DNA of 64,000 nucleotides from Alkalispirochaeta sp. (GTDB taxonomy: Bacteria > Spirochaetota > Spirochaetia > DSM-27196 > Alkalispirochaetaceae), in NCBI GenBank assembly GCA_965601925.1, contig OZ271854.1, positions 2,048,001 to 2,112,000 on the forward strand, in the 5' to 3' direction. Shown piece after piece: positions 1 through 10,836 of the stretch. Positions within the stretch are counted from its first letter, which is position 1, and every line of letters begins with the position of its first letter. A program made the position numbers and the translations under genes. The notes under the pieces are model-generated. The model had not been told where the DNA came from. It made no database searches and saw only the letters and a program-made list of their open reading frames with translations.

Positions 1-828
1 CCGATCCTGGTCGACGGGGTCGCGCACGGCGCCGACCGTCGGCTCGACGCGTCGTCCGCCGACGGGGCCGAGTCGCCGGGCGCATACGACGTAGGCGGCT
101 TTATGACATCTCTCGATTTCTATCACGCCGAGGCGTTGCTCATGGCCGGGTCGGCCGACCGAGCGCTATCGATGGCGATGGAGGCGGCTCGCGATCCCGA
201 ACACGCTGAGGCCGCCCGACGCCTTTCGCGGCGTATGAGCGAGTTCGGTCACGTATCGGCCGCTCTCGACCTCGCCCGTCGTGCCGTAGCGCGGGGAGGT
301 TTCGAAAGCGGCGAGGTCGATATTGCGATTCTCTACCCCTTGGCTTTCCGCGACGAGGTCGAGGCGGCGGCCGGTGAATACGAGATCCCCGCGGCGCTGC
401 TGTTCGGGCTTGTGCGTGAGGAGAGCCACTTTCGTCCGCAGGTCGTCTCGGTGGCGGATGCGGTCGGGTTGGCTCAGATCCTGCCGACCACCGCCGACGA
501 TATTCGCCGTCGCCTACGGTGGCCCGAGGCCGATATCCGTAATCCGGCCGATAATCTTCGCATGGGTGCGTTCTACCTGAACTATCTCGACGAGCAAGTA
601 GGCGATCTTGTGCTGCGTCTCGGTTCGTACAACGCCGGACTCGGACGCGGACGCCGGTGGCGCGAGCAGTTCGGCGATCTCCCGCCGATTTTGCAGGTGG
701 AGGCGATCCCCTTCATCGCGACCAGATGGTACGTACGGCGTATCGCCGTCTCGCGGGCGATGTTTCAATGGCGCATGGACGGAACCGCGCCGGAGTCGAC
801 GCTCGCGGTCTTCTTTCAAGGAGCCTAA
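1..828 (+). CDS. Lytic transglycosylase, SLT domain (5'-partial; frame open from position 1)
   Basis: SLT motifs: LYPLAF, REES with catalytic Glu, AVGLAQI, YNAG, IPF..TRWYV. Confidence 0.85.
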   Translation, partial: PILVDGVAHGADRRLDASSADGAESPGAYDVGGFMTSLDFYHAEALLMAGSADRALSMAMEAARDPEHAEAARRLSRRMSEFGHVSAALDLARRAVARGGFESGEVDIAILYPLAFRDEVEAAAGEYEIPAALLFGLVREESHFRPQVVSVADAVGLAQILPTTADDIRRRLRWPEADIRNPADNLRMGAFYLNYLDEQVGDLVLRLGSYNAGLGRGRRWREQFGDLPPILQVEAIPFIATRWYVRRIAVSRAMFQWRMDGTAPESTLAVFFQGA

Positions 829-829
829 G

Positions 830-1627
830 GTGAACGTATGGCAGGCTATCGCGCTCGGCGCGCTCCAGGGCGCCACCGAATTTTTACCCGTCTCCAGCAG
901 CGGTCACCTCGTGGTCATGCGGGAACTGTTCGGCGTGGCGGAGATATCGGTGTTGTTCGACGTTCTGCTTCACGTCGCGACTCTCGTTGCGGTGTGCGTC
1001 GTGCTTCGTCGGAGAATCGGCGCTTTTTTCGGTGCGATCGGCCGCGCCCTTGCACGACGCGCAACCGATGAGGACCGACCGTATCTCGTCCTGATCCCGA
1101 TTATCGTCGTGACGACCGCTATTACCGGTATCATAGGCGTCGGGCTCGACGCGCTCTTCGATATACGCGATCCACGCAGCACATCGCTATTGTTCATCGT
1201 GACGGCGGTACTCCTCGTTCTGACGCTCTGCTCCCGGGGTGCGCGTCGCCTAGCCGATGTTTCGTGGCGCGATGCACTCGTGTTGGGAGTCGCCCAGGGG
1301 TTCGGTGTGCTTCCCGGAATATCCCGTTCCGGTGTCACGATCTCGACGGCGCTCTACAGCGGGCTTGATCGCACGACAGCCGGCGAGTATTCGTTTCTGC
1401 TTTCGATTCCCGCGATTCTCGGCGCCTTGGTGCTGACTGTGCGGGATGCCGGCGAGCTTGGCGCGCAGGCGGGCATCGGACCGGTGGTAGCCGGCTGTAT
1501 CACCGCCGCACTCGTCGGCTTTGCGGCGTTGAAGGCGCTTTTGGGCATCGTTCGGGCCGGCAAGATGTATCTTTTTGCGATCTATCTCGTGCCCCTCGGT
1601 GTCTGGGGACTGATCTTCTTCCGGTAA
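830..1627 (+). CDS. uppP: Undecaprenyl-diphosphate phosphatase (BacA/UppP)
   Basis: QGATEFLPVSSSGH and PGISRSG motifs; hydrophobic; GTG at 830 just after the slt stop. Confidence 0.95.
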   Translation: MNVWQAIALGALQGATEFLPVSSSGHLVVMRELFGVAEISVLFDVLLHVATLVAVCVVLRRRIGAFFGAIGRALARRATDEDRPYLVLIPIIVVTTAITGIIGVGLDALFDIRDPRSTSLLFIVTAVLLVLTLCSRGARRLADVSWRDALVLGVAQGFGVLPGISRSGVTISTALYSGLDRTTAGEYSFLLSIPAILGALVLTVRDAGELGAQAGIGPVVAGCITAALVGFAALKALLGIVRAGKMYLFAIYLVPLGVWGLIFFR

Positions 1628-1738
1628 TACGCTCCGCCTCGCGGATCGTGCGTTCCGGTGAGACGGCGCGATCGTAACGTCTCCACACTCATACACATCC
1701 GAAATCGTGCCGATAAGCATGGACAGGGAGGGTTGTCC

Positions 1739-4273
1739 GTGGGTGTAACGAATCAATCCAGGAAGACCGACTATGTGCTTGCAACCATTCTCGGCGCGAC
1801 GGCGATCCTGATCGCGGTCTCTTTGGGGATCGCGTCGGTCGATCCCGAGGGGCTCCTCGGCTTTGCCGTGGCTGTGCCGGGGCGCTTTTTCTTCACTATG
1901 CTCCACCTCGCCGCGTGGTGGGTGCCCGTCTATCTCCTCTCGCTTACGCTCCTCGTGTTACGGGACCGGCCGATTACGTGGTCGAGTATCATTTTGATTA
2001 ACCTGGTGCACATTCCCGCAATGACAATCGGCGCGATCCTGCGCCTCGTAAGCGGCCCGTTGGATACCTCGGCACCGTTACTGTCCGTGTTGGAGCAAAG
2101 TTTCACCGTGCGCGGCGCGAGCCTGGTGTTGAGTCTGGTGCTTGCCCTGGAAGCGGTCGGTCTGTTGCACATCTGGCGACGGATGGAGCGACGTTCACGC
2201 GAGGACGATGACGCTCACGACGAGGATGAACCGACGACGCGCGTCGCCCCCGCCATACCGCTTCCCGCCCCCGCCGAGCCCGCATTTTCGCGTGCCGAGG
2301 ACGATGACGTAGACACCGATGACGAGACTATGACCGACGAGCAGGAGGACACCAACCGCGCCGTCGAGCCCGAGGATACGGAGACCGAATCGGTGCACCG
2401 CCCCGAACGGTCGATTACCGAGACGCTCTCGACGCTCCGCGAGCACATGCAGGAGGGCCTCGATGGCGCAGAAACCATAGAGGAAGAGCCGACGATCGAG
2501 GTCATCGTCGATCGTAAGCCCGAGGCGGTACGAGTGGTCGTTCCCACCGACGAAGATGAGGCCGATGAGGCGGACGAACCGCTTTCACTCATGTTCGGGC
2601 GCCATCGCGAGCTCAACGACGCCGGGGAGATCGAAGACGAGTCGTCGTATGAGGCCGAGTGGTATGCGATCGACGCCGAGACGATCGACGCCGACGACGA
2701 GGAGATCATCGACGAGTGGAGCGACGGCTACGACGAGGGCGGTGAGCTTCCGACGATCGCCGATGACGATGTGGATGAAGATGATATAGACGAGGACGAT
2801 CTCCATGAGGACGAGGTGTCGCTCGCTCCGCCGCCGCGTACGCGCTCGTCGTTGCGACGTCGCTATGAGCTGCCCATCGAAGGCATTCTACAGACCTACT
2901 CCGACGGCCGCTATTGGGAGATCGACGACGGCACCCGCGACGCCGCGGAGGTCTTGCGCATTACCCTCGAAGAGTTCGGCATCAAAGCCGAGGTCACCGG
3001 CATTCGAAAGGGGCCGGTGATTACCATGTTCGAGATCTTGCCCGCTCCGGGGGTCAAACTGGCTAAGATTACCAACCTTGCCGACAATATCGCACTGCGT
3101 CTCGCCGCCTCGAGCGTGCGTATCGTCGCCCCCATACCGGGAAAGCATGCGGTCGGCATCGAGATTCCCAACAAGGAACGTAATCTCGTGTCGTTTGCGG
3201 AACTTCTGCGGGACGACGAGTTCTTCGGCGATCGCGCGCACATCCCGATCGCCTTGGGCAAGGATATCGCCGGGGAGGCGCAAATCGTCGATATGACGAA
3301 GACTCCCCACCTCCTCATTGCCGGCGCGACGGGAAGCGGAAAGTCGGTCTGCGTCAACTCGATCATCTGTTCGGTACTCTACCGCCGCAGTCCGGCGGAA
3401 GTGAAGCTGATTCTCATCGACCCCAAGATCGTCGAGCTGAAGTTCTACAACGATATACCGCACCTTTTGACGCCGGTGATCACCGATCCCAAACGGGCGT
3501 TTCAGGCGCTGCAGTATCTGATCTACGAAATGGAGCGGCGGTACAGCCTCTTGGACAGCCTCGGAGCGCGGGATATCGCGAGCTACAATGCACGCATAAA
3601 GCGTAAGAATCTCGCCACCGAACCGTTACCGTATATCGTCGTGATCATCGACGAGTTTGCAGACCTCATGGCGACCAGCGGTAAGGAGCTCGAGAGTACG
3701 GTGGCGCGCCTCGCGGCGATGAGCCGCGCGGTCGGCATTCATCTGGTTCTGGCGACGCAGCGTCCCTCGACCGACGTGATTACCGGCCTCATTAAGGCCA
3801 ATATCCCCTCACGGATCGCCTTCATGGTGGCGAGCAAGGTCGACTCGCGCATCATCATCGATTCGCTGGGGGCGGACAAGCTTCTGGGGCGCGGCGACAT
3901 GCTGTTCACCTCCGCCGCCGATCCCTTCCCGATTCGCATGCAGGGAGCGTTTCTCTCCGAGGAGGAGGTAGAACGCATCGTAGAAGAGGTCAAGACCTTC
4001 GGTGAGCCGGAGTACATCGACGACGAGATCTTTATCGAGGACGACGAAGAGGACGTTGCCGACGAGTATCTCGAAGATCCGCTCATGGAGCGCGCGATCG
4101 AGATCGTCACGACCTCCCGCAAGGCTTCGGCGAGCTACCTCCAGCGGCGTCTCAAGATCGGCTACAATCGCGCGGCGCGCATGGTCGAGGAGATGGAACG
4201 GCTCGGGATCGTAGGACCCCAAAACGGAAGCAAACCCCGGGATGTCATCTCGTCCGGCGTCGGCGTGTCGTAG
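1739..4273 (+). CDS. ftsK: DNA translocase FtsK/SpoIIIE
   Basis: N-terminal TM segments, acidic linker, PHLLIAGATGSGKS Walker A, IIDEFADLM, ATQRPS, gamma domain SASYLQRRLKIGYNRAAR; GGAGG before GTG 1739. Confidence 0.96.
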   Translation: MGVTNQSRKTDYVLATILGATAILIAVSLGIASVDPEGLLGFAVAVPGRFFFTMLHLAAWWVPVYLLSLTLLVLRDRPITWSSIILINLVHIPAMTIGAILRLVSGPLDTSAPLLSVLEQSFTVRGASLVLSLVLALEAVGLLHIWRRMERRSREDDDAHDEDEPTTRVAPAIPLPAPAEPAFSRAEDDDVDTDDETMTDEQEDTNRAVEPEDTETESVHRPERSITETLSTLREHMQEGLDGAETIEEEPTIEVIVDRKPEAVRVVVPTDEDEADEADEPLSLMFGRHRELNDAGEIEDESSYEAEWYAIDAETIDADDEEIIDEWSDGYDEGGELPTIADDDVDEDDIDEDDLHEDEVSLAPPPRTRSSLRRRYELPIEGILQTYSDGRYWEIDDGTRDAAEVLRITLEEFGIKAEVTGIRKGPVITMFEILPAPGVKLAKITNLADNIALRLAASSVRIVAPIPGKHAVGIEIPNKERNLVSFAELLRDDEFFGDRAHIPIALGKDIAGEAQIVDMTKTPHLLIAGATGSGKSVCVNSIICSVLYRRSPAEVKLILIDPKIVELKFYNDIPHLLTPVITDPKRAFQALQYLIYEMERRYSLLDSLGARDIASYNARIKRKNLATEPLPYIVVIIDEFADLMATSGKELESTVARLAAMSRAVGIHLVLATQRPSTDVITGLIKANIPSRIAFMVASKVDSRIIIDSLGADKLLGRGDMLFTSAADPFPIRMQGAFLSEEEVERIVEEVKTFGEPEYIDDEIFIEDDEEDVADEYLEDPLMERAIEIVTTSRKASASYLQRRLKIGYNRAARMVEEMERLGIVGPQNGSKPRDVISSGVGVS

Positions 4274-4337
4274 TACCGAGCCGCGTCTTGACGCGCCTCG
4301 CCGTGAGGCGTCCGTCGACCGTGGAGCTTCCGATCCA

Positions 4338-5069
4338 CTATGCAATCGAGAGCGTTACCTCGTCGCGTTCCAACGCGTGCGAGAGGGCGTCGAATATCGC
4401 GCGCTGCGGTTCGACCGGCTCGATGTCGGCGCTGAACTGGAAGGTGCGCCGCCCGACGTCGTCCAAAAAGTGGGCGTCGGAGTCGCAAATGAGCGTATGG
4501 TTGCGCGTATCGACGGCGACGGGAAGGGTGGTCACCTCCAACGCGGAGAACCGGACGTCCGGTAGAAATCCCAGTTGAGAAATGAGGCTGTTGACGCTAC
4601 GGTCGATATGAGCGGGGATAATGAGTCCTCCTCGGGCGACCGTCTCGGCGGCGATCTCCTCTAACGACGCGTCGATCGCCGGAATGAGGTACCGTTCCTC
4701 AAAATCGATGATGTTTTCATCGACGTCCACCACCGCCTGATCGCCGAAACGCTCCGGATCGTGCGAAAACGCAGGCAACCGATCGTACACCCACCGACCC
4801 CAGTCGAGCGCCTCTTCAACCGTCGGGTAGATCGAGAGGATATGGATTTCCTCGCGCGAGGTCGTCTCGGTACCGAAGAGTGCCATCATCCCGACTCTTC
4901 GGCACGCCTCGGCAAAGGCGGGACAGTTGCGGGCGCTGTTGTGGTCGGTGAGGGCCAACAGGGTGATGCCGCGCTCAGCGGCCGTCTTTACGAGGCGGAT
5001 AGGGCTCATGTCCAGATCGCCGCACGGACTCAGGCAGGAATGGTTATGGAGATCGGCGCGGACCGTCAC
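4338..5069 (-). CDS. PHP-domain phosphoesterase (hydrogenase-associated)
   Basis: DLHNHS, ALTDHN, AHIDR, SDAH PHP metal motifs. Confidence 0.9.
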   Translation of the reverse strand: MTVRADLHNHSCLSPCGDLDMSPIRLVKTAAERGITLLALTDHNSARNCPAFAEACRRVGMMALFGTETTSREEIHILSIYPTVEEALDWGRWVYDRLPAFSHDPERFGDQAVVDVDENIIDFEERYLIPAIDASLEEIAAETVARGGLIIPAHIDRSVNSLISQLGFLPDVRFSALEVTTLPVAVDTRNHTLICDSDAHFLDDVGRRTFQFSADIEPVEPQRAIFDALSHALERDEVTLSIA

Positions 5070-5401
5070 GACGGCGAGATGAGCCGGAAGATCTCGCCGG
5101 AGACGGTAAACTGGTCGCGATCGCTCACGAAGATGCCTACCTTCTCATCCTTTGCCGCTTGAATCATATCGTCGGGGACAGGGCGGTCGTTGCACACCAG
5201 GATCGCTCCGACTCCGACGAGAGTGGCGACCGCAACGGTGTTTTTGTGTGACTGGATCGTGATCAGCACGTCCGCATCTTCCGCGTTGGCCATGACGTCG
5301 CTCAATAGATCGGAGGTGTAGGCGCCGGCCAGCGGCCTATCCTCGAACTCATCTTGAACGACCGTGAGAGTCAACGCGGCGGGAATTTCAGAGAGTTGCA
5401 T
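5066..5401 (-). CDS. DRTGG-domain protein
   Basis: AYTSDLLSDVMA motif typical of stand-alone DRTGG/HPrK-N-like proteins; overlaps both neighbours. Confidence 0.8.
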   Translation of the reverse strand: MQLSEIPAALTLTVVQDEFEDRPLAGAYTSDLLSDVMANAEDADVLITIQSHKNTVAVATLVGVGAILVCNDRPVPDDMIQAAKDEKVGIFVSDRDQFTVSGEIFRLISPS

Positions 5402-6329
5402 CGGGCTCCTCCGGTGGTGTATTGATCACGGCGCGAACGGTGGTACCCGCCGGCGACGATTCGATATTGAAGTCATCGGAGACGCGGCGCGTGTTGGGTA
5501 GCCCCATCCCGGCGCCGAACCCCAAGGATCGCACCCACTCGGTGGCCGTCGAGTAGCCCTCCTTAAGTGCCTCTTCCACGTTTGGGATGCCCGGACCCTT
5601 GTCGCGTGCGGTGATCTCCACGTATCCGTCCGCAGGATCGAAGTTGACGCACACCGTGCCGCCTACCGAATGGACGACTTGGTTCATCTCCAACTCATAG
5701 GTCGCCACGGCTACCCGGCGGATCAGCTTGGGAGGTAGGTTGCGATCCTTCAACTGTTTTTTGGTGTCGGTGGACAGACGGCCGGCCATCTCGAAGTCGA
5801 ACTTGCGCGTAACATACTCCAGGCGAAAGCCCCGCCCGCTCGTCTCGGCCCGATGGAAGTGCTTTTCAAACTGTTCGACCTCTTTGTTGATTTCCAACAG
5901 GAGCGCGATGATGATGTCACGGCTGGTGACGATACCGACCAAGTTTTTGCCGACGTCCAAAATCGGAAACCGGCCGAAACGGTACTTCTCCAAGTACGAG
6001 ATGGCGAAGCTCAGCGGCATGTCGTCTTCCAACACGATGACGTTGCGGGTCATATAGGCGGAGACATTCTCATCGATGCGGCCGTCCTCAAGCGCGCGAA
6101 TCACGTCGTCCATACTCACGATACCGAGCAGGCGAGAGCCGTCGGCAACGGGCAGCCCCGTCACGCTGTTGGCCTTCATGACTTGCTGCGCCTCGCGCAT
6201 CGTACCGTCGACCCCGCACGTCTCAACGTCGCGCGTCATGACGTCCCGCACTTTGAGGCGGTAGATGAGCTCGGTGATGATCGGCGAAGGCTGTTCGATA
6301 TCGATGGGAATCGGGCCGCCGTGCGACAT
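5388..6329 (-). CDS. CBS-pair fused to an anti-sigma-type (RsbT-like) Ser/Thr kinase HATPase domain
   Basis: KVRDVMTRDV/YMTRNV CBS repeats; YELEMNQVVH N-box, DKGPGI G1, GYSTA, GFGAGMGLPN G2. Confidence 0.85.
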   Translation of the reverse strand: MSHGGPIPIDIEQPSPIITELIYRLKVRDVMTRDVETCGVDGTMREAQQVMKANSVTGLPVADGSRLLGIVSMDDVIRALEDGRIDENVSAYMTRNVIVLEDDMPLSFAISYLEKYRFGRFPILDVGKNLVGIVTSRDIIIALLLEINKEVEQFEKHFHRAETSGRGFRLEYVTRKFDFEMAGRLSTDTKKQLKDRNLPPKLIRRVAVATYELEMNQVVHSVGGTVCVNFDPADGYVEITARDKGPGIPNVEEALKEGYSTATEWVRSLGFGAGMGLPNTRRVSDDFNIESSPAGTTVRAVINTPPEEPDATL

Positions 6330-6333
6330 GCCG

Positions 6334-6669
6334 TCAGCCCTTCTCGCTGCAGCCGGCGAGGGCGCGACAGATGTCGAAGGTCGACAGTGCACTCGTCATG
6401 AGGGGAATCCCCTGCTCCTCGGCCAACCGGGCGAGGGCAGGCTGCGGATTCTTGCCGTTGGCGAGCAGAATCGCCCGTGCGTCGACAATATGTGCGGTCC
6501 GGGCTACCTGCTCCGAGGCCAGCGATGTCACCAAAAGAAAATCGTCGTGATCGGTTACCAGCACATCGCTCATCAGGTCCGATACGACCACATCGAAGAA
6601 CTCGATACTCTCATCACCGGCTACGATCCACCGGGCCGACACGCGATTAACGCATTCTTTGAGTGTCAC
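6334..6669 (-). CDS. DRTGG-domain protein
   Basis: VSDLMSDVL motif, LLVTSL; GTG start. Confidence 0.8.
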   Translation of the reverse strand: MTLKECVNRVSARWIVAGDESIEFFDVVVSDLMSDVLVTDHDDFLLVTSLASEQVARTAHIVDARAILLANGKNPQPALARLAEEQGIPLMTSALSTFDICRALAGCSEKG

Positions 6670-6678
6670 GTGCGAGGC

Positions 6679-7389
6679 CTATCCGACGTGCGAGCTGAGC
6701 TCGACGGGCTCCCGTTCTCTCCCGTTTTCGATTACCAGGCCGTTGTCCTTCATGCGGACCAAGTAGAATAGATTCTCGATCTCCAGCCCGATGTTTACAT
6801 TCTGCACCACGCACCGCACCGGGCAGTTCTCAAAATCGCACCTGGTACATTTGAGCTCGACCGACGTGAAGTTCAAGACTCCTGAAATCCCGGCGCCGGT
6901 CACCATCTCGAACACCTCGGTAGAGGAGGTGTCGGGGACCGCCAAAATCGCTACGTTGATGTTGCGACGGGTGACGAACTCGTTGAACTCTTCCATGGGT
7001 AGGATCGGCGTCTCTCCGCCCGGTTTGATAACCGCCGGATCGATGTCGAAGCCGGCGACGACCTCGATACCTTCGCGATCGAATTCGGAATACTTCATGA
7101 GCGCCTGGCCGATCTTTCCGCATCCGACTACGACGACCTGTTGGCGATCCTCTTTGCCGAGAACCCGTTCGATCTCCTCGACAATAGTGTCGATATTGTA
7201 TCCGCCCCGCTTATTGCCGGGTATATTAATAGTAGAGAAGTCTTTTCGCACGACTGCGGGGGTGACACCGATCGCGTCACCGAGGTTATTTGAGAAGACC
7301 TTCACAAAACCAAGGCCCTTGAGTTTGTGCAATACGCGCAAATATTTTGCGAGTCGCAGTACGATTCCTCGATTGATTTTAGTCTCCAT
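6679..7389 (-). CDS. rex: Redox-sensing transcriptional repressor Rex (with Cys-rich insertion)
   Basis: RLAKYLRVL, VVRKDFS, GKRGGY-like wing, GCGKIG Rossmann motif, AGFD, GVLNF; true start ATG 7389 lies inside the longer ORF call. Confidence 0.93.
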   Translation of the reverse strand: METKINRGIVLRLAKYLRVLHKLKGLGFVKVFSNNLGDAIGVTPAVVRKDFSTINIPGNKRGGYNIDTIVEEIERVLGKEDRQQVVVVGCGKIGQALMKYSEFDREGIEVVAGFDIDPAVIKPGGETPILPMEEFNEFVTRRNINVAILAVPDTSSTEVFEMVTGAGISGVLNFTSVELKCTRCDFENCPVRCVVQNVNIGLEIENLFYLVRMKDNGLVIENGREREPVELSSHVG

Positions 7390-7422
7390 ATATTTGCACC
7401 TTCCGTCACATAAACTACAAGA

Positions 7423-7451
7423 ATAATACCCTAGTATACCAACTTGTTCAA
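7423..7451 (-). promoter_or_regulatory. Putative sigma70 promoter of the rex operon
   Basis: Minus strand TTGAAC-17 bp-TATTAT in an AT-rich intergenic region. Confidence 0.5.
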
Positions 7452-7473
7452 CAAATCTCTTTATATATTTTTT

Positions 7474-7491
7474 TTGTGATCTCGGTCGCAT
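7474..7491. promoter_or_regulatory. Possible Rex operator
   Basis: TTGTGA-N6-TCGCAT versus consensus TTGTGA-N6-TCACAA; lies between the divergent promoters. Confidence 0.4.
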
Positions 7492-7504
7492 TAAAATATG
7501 CTGC

Positions 7505-7533
7505 TTGCAATAAAAACACCTTCGAGATACAAT
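7505..7533 (+). promoter_or_regulatory. Putative sigma70 promoter of the hydrogenase operon
   Basis: TTGCAA-17 bp-TACAAT, followed by AGGAG RBS before ATG 7570. Confidence 0.7.
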
Positions 7534-7569
7534 TCCAGTGAAATTTCGACAGTTAACAGGAGACGCGCT

Positions 7570-8058
7570 ATGGCGACCCAGGCAGCAGATACCACGAGCC
7601 TTCCACAGGAGCTTTTGTCTTTTGTCGACGAATGGCGTGATAAGCCGGGTAATTTGATCATGATTCTCCACAAAATGCAGGAGATATACGGCTTTATCCC
7701 CCGCGCCGAAGCACTGGAGTTGGCGCGAGTCATGGATATCCCTCTCGCCAAAATCTACGGAGTCATCACCTTTTATCACTTCTTTAAGTTGAAGAAACCG
7801 GGGAAAAACAAGATCCAGGTGTGCATGGGTACCGCGTGCTACCTCAAGGGCGGACAGGACCTGATCGACGAGATCGAAAACCTCGTCGGTGTCGGCGTCA
7901 ACCAGACGTCCGAGGACGACATGTTCTCTATGGAGGCGGTGCGATGCGTCGGCTGCTGCGGTCTGGCTCCGGTGGTGACGATTAACAACGAGGTGTACGG
8001 CAAGCTGAAGAAGGCCGATCTCCCCGAGATTTTGGCCAAGCATCGGGAGGAGAGCTAA
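7570..8058 (+). CDS. hndA: [FeFe]-hydrogenase NuoE-like [2Fe-2S] subunit (HndA/HydC)
   Basis: IYGVITFY, CMGTACYLKG, RCVGCCGLAP. Confidence 0.92.
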   Translation: MATQAADTTSLPQELLSFVDEWRDKPGNLIMILHKMQEIYGFIPRAEALELARVMDIPLAKIYGVITFYHFFKLKKPGKNKIQVCMGTACYLKGGQDLIDEIENLVGVGVNQTSEDDMFSMEAVRCVGCCGLAPVVTINNEVYGKLKKADLPEILAKHREES

Positions 8059-8060
8059 CA

Positions 8061-8600
8061 CTGCACTACTCCGTCGGAGACTACGTGCTGGACGTCGTCC
8101 AGAACTCCGTGGAGGCTCATTCGGCCAGAATCGAGCTTACCGTAGCGGAGCGTGACGAGGTGCTGGAGTTGATCCTGGTCGATAACGGAGTCGGCATGGA
8201 TGAGGAGACGCTCCGGCGCGCACAGGATCCGTTTTATACCGACGGCATCAAACACCCCACCCGTACGGTGGGGCTGGGACTGCCCTTTTTGCGGCAGTTG
8301 GTCGAGGCCGTCGGCGGAACGTTCTCCTTGGAGAGCGCTCCCGGCGTGGGGACGCGATTGTGCGTCACTACGCCGAGGTTCCATTGGGATCTGCCGCCGG
8401 TCGGTAATCTGGCGGTGGTATTTCAGCAGTCGCTGTGCTTCGCAGGCGACTACGAGATGGTAATCAACCGTCGGCGCGACGGCGTCGACTATTCGATGCG
8501 GCGCAGCGACTTGGTGGACGCGCTCGGAGAGCTGGACACCGCCGGATCGCGGGCGCTGCTCAAAGATTATATCGAGTCTCAAGAAGAGACTCTGGAATAA
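8061..8600 (+). CDS. HATPase_c (histidine-kinase-like ATPase) protein; start CTG 8061 or GTG 8085
   Basis: DVVQNS N-box, DNGVGM G1, DPFYT F-box, GLGL G2, GVGT. Confidence 0.85.
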   Translation: MHYSVGDYVLDVVQNSVEAHSARIELTVAERDEVLELILVDNGVGMDEETLRRAQDPFYTDGIKHPTRTVGLGLPFLRQLVEAVGGTFSLESAPGVGTRLCVTTPRFHWDLPPVGNLAVVFQQSLCFAGDYEMVINRRRDGVDYSMRRSDLVDALGELDTAGSRALLKDYIESQEETLE

Positions 8601-8613
8601 CGGAGGCCGTGGA

Positions 8614-9021
8614 ATGGCAAAGATGACGTTGGAAGATCTGAGGAAGCTCCGAAATGCGAAGCGGCAAGAGCTGGAGATGCGCTCTCCCGACAACAAGGAT
8701 GCGCAGGTGATCGTGAGCATGGGAACCAGCGGGATCGCCGCCGGGGCCAAGGATACGCTCAGCGCATTCGTCGAAGAGCTGACGAACCAGGGCCTCACCA
8801 ATGTGGCGGTACGCCAAGTCGGCGGCATGGGTCTCGAGCACGCCGAGCCGACCGTGGAGATCCGCGTGCCCGGTATGCCGAACGTGATATACGGGACCGT
8901 TACCGCCGAGGTCGCGCACACGATCGTCCGACGCCACATCATGGGAAAAGAACTCGTCAACGAACACATCTACGACCGTCCTGCCGCGGACATCGTCGGT
9001 GAGGCGGGGCAGGGAGAGTAA
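8614..9021 (+). CDS. hndB: Thioredoxin-like hydrogenase subunit HndB/HydD, lacking cysteines
   Basis: MGTxGIAAGA and EPTVE motifs; position between HATPase and NuoF-like gene; no Cys in 135 aa. Confidence 0.8.
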   Translation: MAKMTLEDLRKLRNAKRQELEMRSPDNKDAQVIVSMGTSGIAAGAKDTLSAFVEELTNQGLTNVAVRQVGGMGLEHAEPTVEIRVPGMPNVIYGTVTAEVAHTIVRRHIMGKELVNEHIYDRPAADIVGEAGQGE

Positions 9022-9022
9022 C

Positions 9023-10810
<1,788 letters not shown>

Positions 10811-10836
10811 GCGCGGCGAGCAAGGAGACGAGAGAG

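Noticed and set aside
2180..2860. Very acidic low-complexity stretch in FtsK
   Set aside because: Variable disordered linkers are normal for FtsK; there is no exact repeat unit.
7390..8061. 460-aa extended Rex ORF
   Set aside because: The extension is antisense to hndA and crosses the promoter region; Rex homology starts at 7389.
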